From assembly GCA_977030845.1 (NCBI GenBank), contig OZ365112.1, forward strand, positions 20,336,001 through 20,400,000: DNA of 64,000 nucleotides, read 5' to 3'. This DNA comes from Fimbriosthenelais zetlandica (taxonomy: Eukaryota). Under the pieces are notes generated by a model. It worked only from the letters and a program-made list of their open reading frames with translations. It made no database searches and was not told where the DNA came from. The stretch's first letter is position 1; every line of letters begins with the position of its first letter. The translations under genes and the position numbers were made by a program. Below are positions 15,795-29,138 of this stretch, in pieces.

Positions 15795-15960
15795 ACAGGT
15801 GCCCCCTCCCGCTGTCACAATAACACTGCCACGCCCCCACCACGTGTTCACACTAACCGGATGTTGACATCACGTGGTTAGATGGGATGCCGTGTTGTGG
15901 AGCAGCTTTCTACATAAGCGGGAAGTTTTCATTGAAATTTGGTAGGAAAAATTCGAGTTT
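15795..15960 (+). promoter_or_regulatory. Candidate TRMT10A (possibly bidirectional) promoter
   Basis: GC-richer island with GCCACGCCCC (KLF/SP, 15828), two CACGTG E-boxes (15841, 15871) and CCGGATGT (ETS, 15857). The coding exon begins at an acceptor (16504), so a non-coding first exon is implied upstream. Confidence 0.55.
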
Positions 15961-16506
15961 CATTAATTTAGTTATCAAAAGACGAACAAGTAATATGTGT
16001 AGGATATTTAGGGAGCTTCTTGGTGGTAATTATGCATGAAACATAGCTGTTAACGGAGAAAGTAGACCTGTAGGTTCCCTTCAACCTTGTACTTCGATGT
16101 GGGGTGTTGGAAGAGGAGGGTGAAATAAATGGCTAATTCCTCGTAGAAATCTTGTCCCCAGTGTGCTTTGATATGCATATTTGTACAGTGAGCAGAGGCA
16201 TAGTGTCATAAATACCGTCTTATGTGGTTAGTTACCTCTAATTCCTTCCAAATACATGTACATTCTCAAAACCCCCGATTATCGCTCACCAATGGCCATG
16301 GCCACATGCCTCATGCATGGCCATGCCCATGAGTCATGACCACCTATATGGCTATATGACCTTCTATGGGCATGACATTAAGCATGTATGTTAGCTATGG
16401 TCATTACTCCTTGAGTGTGTACGTATATTTTGTTTGTTGTATGACTGTTACTTGTTTCTGGAACAATTTCTTGAACTTCAACTGCGGTTTATTTTATCTT
16501 CAGAAT

Positions 16507-18658
16507 ATGGAATCGGACGGAAATGAAACCAGCCAAAATAACAAAGATCAAAATGTGGGTGCAAATGCCGAACACGAACCACAAAATGATGATACTTCTA
16601 GTTCTACTCAAGTCAATTCCATTAGTCCAACAAAGATAATTGAAGCGTCCCCAGGAATGTCGAAAAATCAAATGAAAAAAATGTTAAAAAATCAACGATG
16701 GATGGAAACGAAGGCAGCTAGGAGGTAATGACATAAATAATTATTATTTTATTTAGCATCATTTATATGTCATCTTTGATCATTGACATTGTCTTTTTTT
16801 CTAGTTCATCAGGGTAATTATCTTTACTTATCTTCAAAATATAATTCATATCTAGAGCACATGAAAAACAGAAGAAGAAGGAAAAGCGTAAGGCGTTAAA
16901 AGAGAGTGGGGCCCAGTTACCCCCGAATCGTAAAGTATTGAAGCGAAACTGTATGAAGGACTCCTCCTGTACCACGATGATTGCGATAGATTGCTCCTTT
17001 GATGACTTGATGGGCGAAAAGGTCAGTTTTTTATAATTATATAATACTGGGTGATTATCTCTTTATTTTTGTAAAGAAGAGGTTTATAAATATTCGTCAT
17101 TTAAATTTTCTAAGCGAAGATAGGTTGAAATTATTTTGTTTTTCTTTAAGGATATCAACAAAGTAGTTAAACAATTGAACTACTGTTACGCTTCTAATCG
17201 ACGCATGGTGGATCCCGCACAGGTAAATAATGAAACTAATTTGACAATTTGTCTAATATGTTTTAATCAATCTAGACCATTAAAACTTTCTTTCTATCCC
17301 CATGAAATAAAATCAGTGGTAATTCGGCATTTCGCTATAAAGGTTCATATTTCTAATTAGAAATGTAAAAAGAAAATGTTTTATTTATTGTAACAGTTTT
17401 ACATCACCAGCTTCAGCAGTAAGACAAAATGTCGCATGGAGGAGATCGGAGATTATAAAGGCTGGGATGTAGGTATCATGATCTCATAAAATACACTTAG
17501 TTTTCTTCATTAATTCATAGTTGGCTATTTTGCTTTAAATTTTCGGTATTTTCCTATTTACTCTCACCATTAAACGCAAACGATGATTTCTTTGTGTAGG
17601 TATATTTCAAGGCTGAAGATTATGTGGAGGTTTTCGGGAAGGATAAAATTGTCTATCTTACAAGTGACTCACCTAACGTCTTGGCCCAACTGGAAGATGA
17701 TAAAGCGTACATTATTGGTGGTTTGGTCGATCATAACCATCAAAAGGTAAGGTATTCCTCTTCCTATTCCCTTCCAATGCATTTTCTCACTCCCCACTCA
17801 ATCAGTAGCTCAGTATCTATTCACCAAATCAGCCACCTCCCATATTCTCACCCATATGTATACCATTGTATACTTAAGTTTATTTCTTAATTGACTCTTT
17901 TCTTTTTTGTTAAATATGTTTGCTTTAAGATTTTACTTTAAATTGTGATATTTTGTTTATAGGGCTTGTGTCACAGACTGGCCTTGGAGAAGGGGATTGC
18001 TCATGCTCAGCTACCTATAGGAGATTACCTCGCGCTAAACTCCCGTAAAGTTCTCACTATCAACCACGGTAAGTGACTGTTATAAGTTTTATTTTCATAT
18101 TAGACATTAAGAAACTTATATTAGACATTAAGAAACTTATTTTCATGTTAGACATTAAGATAATATAGATATAAGGCTTTAAAGTCCGGTGCCACCTTAT
18201 GGCACTGGCCCCCAGTAGCTAGCGCCATTTCCATTCTTAGCGATTTTCACTGGGTTTGATTTTAAATGGTGCACCGTTGTTTCCATCCAGTGTTTGAGAT
18301 ACTCCTGGAATTCACAGCGAGTCGGAGTTGGGAGGACGCCTTTTACAAAGTCATCCCATGTCGCAAAGTGGAGCATTTCAAAAACGCGAACAAAACGTCT
18401 ACCGATGCTACCGACAAAAATCCAGCGGACGATAAGAATGATGCTGTATTGAAAGACGAGCGAAAAACAGACAAATCTGTAGAGGACCTCAGTCACTTGA
18501 GTGATAAATCATCTAATGACGAAGACTTAGAAATACCTCTTAAAATAGTAATGCCTGTTTCCGGCAGTGCCCCACCTCAACAAGAAGCGAGTTTAACGCA
18601 ACAACACCAGGTGGCAGCACAGTCGTTAGATATGCCTCAACAACAGCAACACCCATGA
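16507..18658 (+). CDS. TRMT10A: tRNA (guanine-N1, position 9) methyltransferase, TRMT10A-type SPOUT enzyme, 7 coding exons, 382 aa
   Basis: Exons 16507-16724, 16856-17021, 17151-17222, 17397-17468, 17600-17746, 17963-18068, 18291-18658; phases consistent; 1149 nt. Motifs MSKNQMKK, IAIDCSFDDLM, KQLNYCYASNRR, IVYLTSDSPNVL, YIIGGLVDHNHQKG, LPIGDYL, SRKVLTINHVFEILL and WEDAFYKVIPCRK. The IDCSFDDLM and SRKVLTINHVF blocks are cytosolic TRMT10A-like. Confidence 0.95.
18090..18161. repeat. Short tandem duplication (3 copies) in TRMT10A intron 6
   Basis: ttagacattaaga begins at 18100, 18121 and 18148. Confidence 0.85.
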
Positions 18659-20699
18659 TAGATTCATTTTAAACGTTTATTGATATCCTCGAAAAACCTT
18701 TTAATTCTAGCCAAACAATGCAGTATACAACTGTGGTATGATTATACTTGTGATATATGCGCGTATATTCTTTTAAATTAAAAAAAATTATGAATTATTT
18801 CTATGCGCCCTAAGAATATGCCTATTACACACTTCCTTCTCGTGGGCCATGTGCTTTCTACATACGTAAACGTAGGCCTATACCGGTATAAATGGAATGT
18901 TCTATAATTGTATTGTTGAAAACTACTGGTCAGTTGGCTTTTGGAAGATCTATAAATCAGCTCTTGTGATTAGACTTAAGGAAAAGAATACTAGTAGTCT
19001 GCCCCTTTGCCATCATAAGTACCTCACCCATTTTAATTATGTCACTCTATGATGGATGGAAGGAATGGTGAGGGATAACCTTCACCTCGATGACATGACC
19101 TTCAAGGTCATACTCGACCTTCAGGGTTCTCTTGTCTTGACCATGTCACATGGTCCACACCATAGATCACCATTGTCCACTGACCGTGGACACACATGCG
19201 ATACTAGATCGCTCCTTTGCATGATAAGAAGCCGACCCATAGCTTTGAAATTTGATAATTTGGATTCATTATGGACCTATAAGTAGTAATTTGAGATTCT
19301 TGGAATTCTTTTAGGCCACATGATTCTGTTTTTAAATTTTAACATTTCTTAATCCCAGGACATAGGGCATCTGAATAATGATAAATGAGGGCGAAAATTT
19401 AGGCTTATATCATAATTTGTGCCATTGTTCGGATAATGTTTAGAAAATAGAATTAATCCTGTGGTTTTAAGCGGGACCACCCACGGGCTTATTAGCAGTT
19501 TGTACTTACGACCGGTGAGACTGTGACTAACATCAAAGGCACCTCCAGCTTAAAAGGTAGTAATGACCAAACATTCATTAGCACCTTCCCTACCCGGCCA
19601 TGTTATGCACCGCTACTGGCTTCATATGCAAATAGACAACCCCACCCCCTTCGGCCCAATACTTTCTAGTCGGCAGTTCTTTCATTGTAACTCGGAGCGT
19701 GTTCAAATTCAAAACTTACCATCGTCAAACTGATTTCATTGGGAATCTCTGTAAAATGAGAAGAATTGGTGAAACCCATAAAGCTCATGCCTGAGCCAGT
19801 GGAGGAGAGTGTGAGGTGTGACATACTGGTTCCCAAGCTACTAATGCACGCTCATAGAAATGTAATTAAGACCTTCAAGGTGGCCCTAATTGTCATTGCA
19901 TTGCGTTTTAGTTCCCTGCGATTAAGCACAGGTCAATGACTGAGCCCCGGCGTAGATTAGAGAGATTAAAGCCCTATACCACCTCCCACCCACCCAGCCT
20001 CTGGTCATTGTTATGCATCAGGTTGATAGGAAATGCTCTACTGCAGTTTGAGGTAGCAGTTAGCAGCTTGGAGCTGGTGGAAATATCAGAAGAATGTGGT
20101 TGTGTGAGATGTTCAGCAGGGGTGGTCACTTTGTGCTTCCGGTTTTATCTTTGTGGTTCATGGTTTTGTTCATTTTCGTGGACGCACGCTGACATAGGAA
20201 GCTTAACAGTTTCTACTCCGAAACAAATATGAGTCCTAATTCAAGTTGCCAGTTGGACCATTTAAAGTCATTATTTCTTTAGATAGGTTACATTTATAAT
20301 GAAGTAAATTATTGAAAAGGGCTTAGAGGTTGATGCATCATGTAAGAATGCGTGTTGTATCAGAGGGGGTGAAAGTGTGACTTAATGGCTAAGTAGAGTG
20401 TCCAGCTTTGTAGGACTGACCACCACTGTGATCTATTGGTCCTATTTTAACCTACAAGTAGAGGCAAGGTCAAGTGGGCCAATGGTCACCAAGAGCCCGT
20501 CTGTTCACACCGCGGTGATAGGCATATATCCAACATAATATCCTGACCTCAAGCAAAGGAAGACCAACCTAAAACAACTAAAAATGTCCTTCATTTAATT
20601 TGAAAATTGGTTCAATTGTCTTTCCTTCTGCTTTGTTGAACTTGAATACAAACTTTATTATGATTTTTTATTCCGAAAATGACACAATAGGCTTATAGG

Positions 20700-21130
20700 C
20701 GTGTGCCTATCCCTGCCTATAAGTATTTAAACTCTTTGACCTGAGCTCGGGAAGGGGATCTCTGTCCTTTTATTGATCTCATCTGTAGGACCCTGGCTTT
20801 TCTCTGACATCTACCAGCATTGGTAGAAGTATTGTTGAGCTGACAGTCGCATGGTGGCGTTTAGACCATCCTGGTCTCACCTTATATAAAGCCATGAGGA
20901 GAAGCCTGTCAACCAGACGTAAAGATGGTGATAGATGACGTCACCTGAGGGCAGCACCTCAGCCAGGTGATGGCACTCAGTCTCTCTCCCACCACCACTG
21001 ACTCCAACATCAGGACCTCCTCCCTAGGGTTCAATGTATCCCTTCATAGTCACACAAAAATGGTCTTACATAGCTCCCTGTCTTGCTGTGATAGCCTTGA
21101 TTTTCGCCCAGCGAACCCTTATGCCCTTTC
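20700..21130 (-). mobile_element. Decayed LINE reverse-transcriptase remnant
   Basis: ARQGAM (about 21086-21069, cf. GVRQGC) is followed downstream by QVKEFKYL (about 20743-20720, cf. EQVKEFKYLG). Confidence 0.45.
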
Positions 21131-22799
21131 CCGCCACTTATATGTCTTTCTTCCCTCACATTTTTGACAGCAATTTAAATGAATTCAGAGGTATTTTTAT
21201 CAATTAAAATTGATACTTATAATGATGCATACCTCGTGTGGGATATTTAATGATGTAATTGCGCATTTTGTCAACGATCTTTAGGTTTAATTAGTGTAGG
21301 CCCCTATTTTATATTGGCTAATTCCAACCTATAACATAAACCACCATTACATGAAAACATTGCTTTGTCATGTTGCTAATATTATTGGAGAAATGCCGCG
21401 CGTATGAATATTTCTTAGAGGTAGTAAAAGAGTTTTGACACGTGTCATGCATGTCAACAGGAAATTAAGGCACCTAGAGAGGTCACCGAACCTCCTCTTA
21501 ACCTATTACCCCATAGGTAATCAGTTATATTTTCACTTTCAATGACATAGCCCTTTTATTGTCACTGGGTGTGTCCATTTTATTTGCCTACTCCCTTGGA
21601 GAGTATTTGGTTGTTTATAGGGTGCTTGGTTGGTGGTGGCTATCAAGTGATCATTCGTTACGTTCATATTTGGGGGGTAAATTAATTTGATCTTCGCGAT
21701 AAGAAGCATGGGGCGTACTTACATTTTTACTCCAATCTCCAATTAAATTTAATTGACCCACTTTTTATACATCTTAAAGGAATTATTAATTGCCAATGTA
21801 CTAGATCCCCCCCCCCCCAATAGAATTATAATTTCCATAATTAATCGTACTGTGGGACAAATTTATGTGTCGATGAGTGTTGCGTGGATTTATCCTATAC
21901 TGTTGTTGGAGTATGTCAGTTTTTTCCCCCCAGGACGTTAGTTTATGCTGGGCTATAACCTGTCTCGTGCCACCCCCTTCCTCATGCTCTGTATATTTAT
22001 AGGGCCCGTGGGGGCCACGCGTCAGAATGGTCACACCCGACTTGTTCTTTTTTATTCGGTGGCACCCAATTGTTCTACCTCCCTCACTCCTCCTCTCTTC
22101 TCTCGGAATTTACCCCTTGTACCCCGCCCCTATCCCCTCCCGACCCCATCATATAGCCCTGACAAGCCTCACCTGTCGAAAATAGGAGGAAAGGTTAGAG
22201 TGAAAATGAGGGAAGGAGCTATATATTGGTCCTGCGCAACATATAATTATATGTATTCATAAAATATTCTTACGGTTGTGGTATCTAAGGTATGTAAGGT
22301 ATAATAATGTATTATATTATGTAATGTGGGAATCCTATCGGTATCTAATATCTATACCGGTACTTGGTAATCAAATCAGTAATATTTATGATAAATTTGA
22401 TTCATAGATCTTAATGATAGAGGCATATATCGAATACCTATGAATTTAAACATCAAAATAATTCATCCGAGAAATACCTTTTTAATTAGATTCTATCTGA
22501 AAGGGGAGAAATGAAGGTAAATGCCATTGGTTCTTTCTGAACACAAAATATTAAGGACCATATGTTGTGAGCTTTAATAGATTTAATGACATGCTTATAG
22601 TGCTCAGAGTACAAAAAGTGAGGTCATTACTGATCAGGGGAGCGACGGCCAGGCTTCATACAGGGATAGCAAGAGGTTGACATATATAAACTTAAAAAAG
22701 AAAAAAAGAAAACATAACTGTTTTCATCCAAGTTGAAAGGGAAGTATAATAAACATGACTTTTCTCATAACTGTTATGGAAATAGGAAGGGATTCACTA

Positions 22800-23200
22800 G
22801 ATCCATGCACTTATTGACATATCATGAATTCATCTAAAATAATTAGTGATAATTTTAACGAGTTATTTGTCCCTCGGTGCATGACTCCTGTCTCGTATTA
22901 AATAAAACCCCTATTAGTTCCACCGACTTATTTCATATAAAAATCGATGGCAATTTTTAGGTCTTGATCACTGATAATTATTACCGGAGAAGTAGTGACA
23001 TATCTTTCATAATTATGTTGATGAAAAAACTGTCTCATAAATTTCAGGATAATTGCCTTCAAGACATTAAACTTATGGTTACTGTCACTAGATGTGTAAT
23101 TTATAATCGTGCACGCATGCTGGCGGATCACCTCTGGAAGATGCTCAATTAATTATATTTTTGATTGAAAAAGTATTAAATGTATTGGACCTAGGTTCAG
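22800..23200 (+). mobile_element. Decayed CR1/L2-like LINE ORF2 remnant
   Basis: ISDNFNELFV (about 22842-22871, cf. IAn.FN.yF), IITGEVV (cf. it..EV...I) and VIYNRARMLADHLWKML (about 23096-23146, cf. iFN.Sl..G.fP..WK), in the expected order. Confidence 0.5.
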
Positions 23201-25454
23201 GTTCAAATAACGCTATATTACTGGTATGACCAGCCTCTTGGCCTATGGATTTGACCAATATTCAGCCTGAGACTCAATCATGGCGTAATTGGGCCATCTG
23301 AGCGTGTCTATTAGTATTTTGGCCTGGCATTGGGTCAATTGCGTGGCTGAGACCGCGGGGAAAATGACCAGACACTTAATAGCGAGGGAGTTTGACATAA
23401 TATGTTGGTTCTCACCATATTTGGGTTAATCTGTGAAAGCCTTCCCCGTTTTTTCTGACTCAGTGTCCATGGTTTGATCTGATTTCAAGTGTGGGTGGAG
23501 TGCATGTCAGACCATTTTGAGAGTGAGTGCCTCCCCCGGGGTATCAGGGGCTGGTGAAGGGTAGCCTGGCGATACTGACCACAGTATAAACCATGCCTTA
23601 CAGGCGGCAGGATGTGGTCAGACTCAGGTCTGTATATGTAAGGTCACACAACGGGACCTTACCATTTACTTTCCCCCTTTTTGCCATCTTTTAGTACATA
23701 AAGGCCTTTAGAAAGTATGTATGTGACCAAAACAGCACCTGTCGCTGTACAAAGACACCATGGATGCGTAGAGCGTGCTACCTTATTCCCTATACACCAG
23801 AGATACGTATATATCTGTCTGCATACACTGAACCAACATGTATATACTTGAATAGGTTGGTTTTTGGTAAATTCTCATATCTAATATTTGTTTTTATTAG
23901 AAATTAAAATAGAAAAAAGCATTTGTGAATGAAAGCAAAATGAAAAGATTACCAATATTTAACCACATTCTCGATAGAGCGACAGCTTCGATCATTCATA
24001 GCGGAATCTGCAGTATATAAGATTTGTCATAGAGTAGATCTATCTATGTCTATGGATCTATTTAAATACCAGGAATGGAGAATCCTGCAGTCTTTCGAAG
24101 GACACATTATAATGTGAGGGTAAATCATACCGTTAATTTTCTTTTTTTCTAAGACGAAATTGAGATAATCATACTACTTTTTACAACTTTTTCTTGAACT
24201 TAGGAAACTAACCGGTTTGAGTCCATGGAGGAACAACTTTTCAACAAGTTTTTGTTCTCCTTTGTATTTCCACGTGCAAAATGTAAAACACACTTTCTGG
24301 CGCAAGTGGGCGTGTGTCAATGTCTTAAAAAATGTAATAACTTCAATTTTCAGCTTTTTCAGGGTAGAATTAAGAGAAATTATGCCATACTTAAATACTT
24401 TAATGACATGCTCCTCGAATAGGATAAATACCTATGAAGATGTCTATAGATGCGTGTCGTTGGTTATTTACCCAGTCTTCCCCAACCTGAGTTGTTTTAA
24501 CTATTCGTAGGAGACTGATTCATGGCTACTATATTATAATCAATTGATCTACTAGAGTTGAAAAAAAAGTATTGCTTTTCTAAAAACATATTCTCATTAA
24601 GTTTCTCGCACTTTCCCAATGTAAATTCTATGAAATCTGTTCTATAGTTTCCTCCTACCCCCCTCACCACTGACACTTGAAATTTAGAACAATGGAGTCC
24701 AGTTACGTTTGGCAGCTCCTTCTCAAGTTGTTCGCGGGTGGGGTTTTCTTTTTTGTCCGGCCACTCGGCTTGTGAAGTGTCCACCTCACTCCAAATGAAA
24801 AGCAGAGAGAAAGAAAAGCTGACATCTCGATGGTCGGCAGGGGTTTGTGACAACCGGTTTCTCTACTCAAGGATTCAATGACATTATAAATGGTGGTAAA
24901 TCAAGCCCGCCTTATATGATCGATCTATACCTCTGTCCGATACTTGACCACTTCTCTCCACTTTCCCACCATTATACCTCCTCTTTCAGTAGGCCTTTTA
25001 GCATCTATACTATTATTATCTTGACTTTTGTTAGTGTTCAATGATTGGTGGGTAGGATATAGGTGCACGGGGGCTGAGAGATAATGTTCTGTCAAATCTG
25101 GATTTCAATTTGTTTGCATTTTCAATTTTCGTTATCATTTTCTGTTCATTCATTCTCTTCCCTGGTGACAGCGTTGATTCGGGTCTGGAGTTGTGTTTGT
25201 GTTGGGGGTGGGGGCGTCAGTTTTACATTGATTGTTGCCTTTAGTCTAATGTCAATGGCAACCGATTTGTGCGAATTACCGACGTTTACTCAACCGTACG
25301 GTCCACGTCCTTCGCCGGAAAGGGATCACGTGCGTGAGTTTTCACCTCTGACAAGGCATGGTTTTTTCTGGGGACACGAGGTGAAGGCGCGCCTGGCGGT
25401 GTGACAATGCGCCGTGGATGGGTGTCGTCTACTGGTGGTGACGCGCGTGCAGGC

Positions 25455-25468
25455 GCGCCCCCTGCTGA
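25455..25468 (-). promoter_or_regulatory. CTCF-like site
   Basis: The minus strand reads TCAGCAGGGGGCGC, 13/14 match to CCASYAGRKGGCRS, inside a CpG-rich island (25280-25530). Confidence 0.45.
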
Positions 25469-27267
25469 GCCCGGCGGACGACAACTCGCCGTGTTTCACC
25501 CGTCTTAAATCCCTACCATGACAGCGCCCAATGGTAATCACTGATCATTCTCACTGTAACCCTTGTGTTCATGGGATTATGCCTGTCAAAGATACCGGTA
25601 ATTTATTTTGTGATGACTCGAGAGGTTCCCCCCTTGAAGAATGAAATAAAGTCCGGCATTATGCATTTATCTGCAATATAATTTAAAGATGGAGCGCTAT
25701 ATGAGCCAGTCCCCCCCCCCCCCCCCCGTATAACAAATATTAATCAAATCCTGAAAGAACGAAAATCAGCGGCATGCAAAATGTAGGAAGGCAGATGTTG
25801 TGATTTGAGATGCATTCGTCCGAGCTCACTGGTCAGTTGCCTGGGTCTAAGAGGTCAACTGGACAAGAGTGGACATTTGATAGAGAGGCGAGTGGACAGT
25901 CCATGGTGAGATGGACAGGGCCATAACCTTGGACCCCGGGGTGGGGGTGGACAGTGTAGACGAGATGGCACCTGTGTGAAAAGCATGGAGAATATCTGAA
26001 AAGACCATACTACACCCATGTCTCTAATACAATAGGACAGGTGATCCTTAAGTGGTGGGCTTTATGATCCTAATTTTAACCTCAAAGATCGGTCACATAA
26101 TCATAATTGCTGACCTGTGCATATTGTTCCACATTATGACCTGTGAGGAAAACGAATCATCGTCAGCTTACAATGCTGCAAATCATTCCTAAATGAAAAT
26201 TATCACATAAGATGTATTTCAACAATTAAGAAATGAATATCTTATGAATGTGGTAGGCCTACGATGCAAGATAGTCCAGGTATATAGCCTACACATAGAG
26301 AAATTTCAAAAGATTTATTGGAAAAAATGACTTAAAGTGGGCTGCCATGAACCTGATATTCATGCTAGGAATGTTAGATTTCTAAAGGTACAGCCCCACA
26401 ATTTGCCCCCTTCCCTAAACGACCTATGTCTATGTAAACTGACCAAGACGCTTTCATGGAGGAGGTGGCTTTCTTACGAGAAGGCAAAACAAACATATAG
26501 ACGGATGTGACTGCCAAACTATACCGTCAAACCTTAGATATTATTGACTTGGCTTTACTTCCTCTACATATTGCGCCCCTAGGATCAGCGACTTCCACCC
26601 AAGGAAGGCAAACAACCAAACACCCCACCTTTGAGGGAGTCCCTGTCTTGAGTGTTTCTCGCACGCGATTGACCCGTGCCAAAGAAAATGACCAACATAC
26701 TACTGCCCCGAGTAACAAAACGCAGCATGCAAATAGGTTCCCCTGAGAAACCAGTACAAACTTAGACTCGGGGATTAGGCCTGTAGCTTCCAATATTTGT
26801 ATTTATCGGGTGGGGATGGCCTCAAGGCTGATATTAGCATAAAGGGAGGGCGAGTAGCGCCTGACTGGAGCTGAGGACTGCTATACGGGGGTCCTCATTG
26901 GGTACAGCGGGGTCAGGAACCCATGTAAATAATCATGACCATGCTAAGTCACGGTGCAAGGTCAAGCGAATGGGTGAGATCCCAGTTTAAATGATTCTAC
27001 TTTATATTCCTGATAACATTTTTAAACTTTAACAAGGAAATCAACTTGAAACAGGATAAAGTAATTTTTGTCCCAAGTTTGCATGTTAAAGTTATGGGTT
27101 TCCATGTCGTGTGTGTAGGCCCTATGTTATAAACACGCTTGTCTATGACTGCACTTATCCAGAAAAAGGATAATTTGTAGCCATCTTGTGTGAGAAAGAT
27201 AAACTATTCCCCTCCACCATGACAGAGTAATGAATAAGAAGACTGCAGTAAGTGTCTCTATCTTCAG

Positions 27268-27381
27268 GCATACTTTGCCCTCAAGCCAAAGGAGCCGCCG
27301 GCCATCGGCAAGAAGCAAATGAAAGGCTTCTACACGAGGCTCAAGCCTCTGGCTCTGAAGCTCTATGCAGCTCTACCTTAA
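27268..27381 (+). pseudogene. Orphan terminal-exon-like fragment
   Basis: Acceptor ctatcttcag| then AYFALKPKEPPAIGKKQMKGFYTRLKPLALKLYAALP-stop, with a marked G/C-ending codon bias. A consensus donor GTAAGT lies only 20 nt upstream (27248). Confidence 0.4.
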
Positions 27382-29124
27382 ATCTCGCAGTCTTAATTTG
27401 TGTAGAAAACATTTGCCAATTTATTGCCAATTTTTAAGTGGAAATCCCCCCTCAAAACATATTTACAACAGAGACAATCTGTTGTGATAGTTCGTAATTG
27501 TTGGTATTACATTTTCACACACTTTTAGGCCTATATTAGCGGATGTTGATATTTGCGCTAAAATATAATGGACGTAAAAATAAGTAGGTTTAAAGTGCAT
27601 GTCATTTGTATGCAGGAACTATCTCCATGCTATATCTTGTAAGGAGTGACTGTCTCTTGTTGAACTGTTACTGACATGCACTTGTAAGATGAACTTATCA
27701 TGAGTAGTTGTTTGTAATAGATGTGGAGAGGTTGACAAGGGAGCATTATCTACAGAACTTTGCTTGTGGAGCAATGAAAATGGAAAGTGGATTTTTAAAT
27801 TTAAAAACCAGAAATAAAAATAACGCAAAGCTTATCGACAAATAAAAAGGAGGTAAATGATAATTATATACATAGAATTGCCAATATTTCATATTTATAT
27901 ATAATAACAAGCAAAGAGAGAATGAAGGGGAGAGAATGAAGATAATTCAGAATGTATTTTTTTAGCATAATTGTGAAACTGAAAGGTGTATAATCGTGAT
28001 CTTTGCTAGTCATGCTTTGAGCTGTGACCTGTAATTTTACAAGCAGTATTATCTATAGACCTACTCTATAGACACTCTGCCCTCCCTTGTAATTCACAAG
28101 GTGACACGAGCTATATATATGTCTTTGTTGTGTTTAAGTTCACGCTATACTCACTTCTACTAACAGATGACATGCTAACGTAGGCCTATATCCCAAAGTT
28201 CGAAGAGCTATTCCTCTATCTTGCCGTACATGTAGGCCGAGTCCATATACATTATATATATATATATGTACTTTATTGAGTGCATAATTCTCAATGTATA
28301 TCCTAGATCTGGAACTTTAGAAATGAATATTTGGTGCAGCGCTCCATCTAAAAAGATTATTTTCAAAAGGCGCGGTGGTAAGGCGCTAATGAGGCAAATT
28401 AGGCCTATAGGCCTACTGGGACTAAAATATGTGCTCCGTGCATGATCGTCCCAACTTAAGAACCAGCGAGAAAATCGCCCCCAATTTTGCCCATATAATT
28501 ATAATCCAGACCCAAGCTATAATTTTGCTAATAAAAATCGTTTCCGAAACTAATCCATTTCATAGCAATTTTACTTCTTCAAAAAGAGCGAGATTGGCTT
28601 TGAGTGGGCACCGACCACCTTTGTGCCGAGGAGGGGCGCATGTTTCCTATGGTGAAAATCAGAGACTGCCCCCCGGTGCTGATCAGAGGGTTTAACATTT
28701 AGGCGACAGGGGGCCTCTGGCGGGAAAATGTTCTAAGCTTATAGTACAGAAAATTGGTCCTGCAGAGTCCTTGTCCAGTCCTTGAAGGATAGCCGACAGA
28801 AATTAACATAAAAATCAGATTTGCACTGCATCCCTATTATAGAACTACGCCCATTTCACATCACAAAATTGAGCATGAAAATTTGCAATTTGTGATAGTT
28901 TGTCATAATTATACCATACACCCAGAGTAGTCTCCATATAGACCTTGTATGTCTATGCATAGGCCCTATCTTATACGCCTATATATATGATAATTTGAAC
29001 CGCGTTTATTTTGGAATCCAAGGCATAGAAAACCAAAAATGAAAGGTTGAACACAAATCAAGGAAAGAGCAATAAGACACCAATTTCACTTTTGTATCGC
29101 TGCTGTTCACAAGCCATCCGTATG

Positions 29125-29138
29125 CCACTAGCTGGCGC
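29125..29138 (+). promoter_or_regulatory. CTCF-like site
   Basis: CCACTAGCTGGCGC, 13/14 match to CCASYAGRKGGCRS. Confidence 0.4.

Noticed and set aside
9336-18496. ORF-track entries such as 9336-9590, 9357-9548, 12319-12606, 16489-16671, 16763-16975 and 18197-18496
   Set aside because: They are off-frame or antisense shadows of real MTTP/TRMT10A exons.
19090-19145. TGACCT-tca-AGGTCA everted nuclear-receptor element
   Set aside because: TGACC-rich tracts are common repeat debris in such genomes; there is no supporting context.
25681-28352. 12-bp inverted match AGATGGAGCGCT at about 25687 and 28340 as TIRs of a decayed DNA transposon
   Set aside because: Too short to be significant over this distance; no target-site duplication or recognisable transposase.
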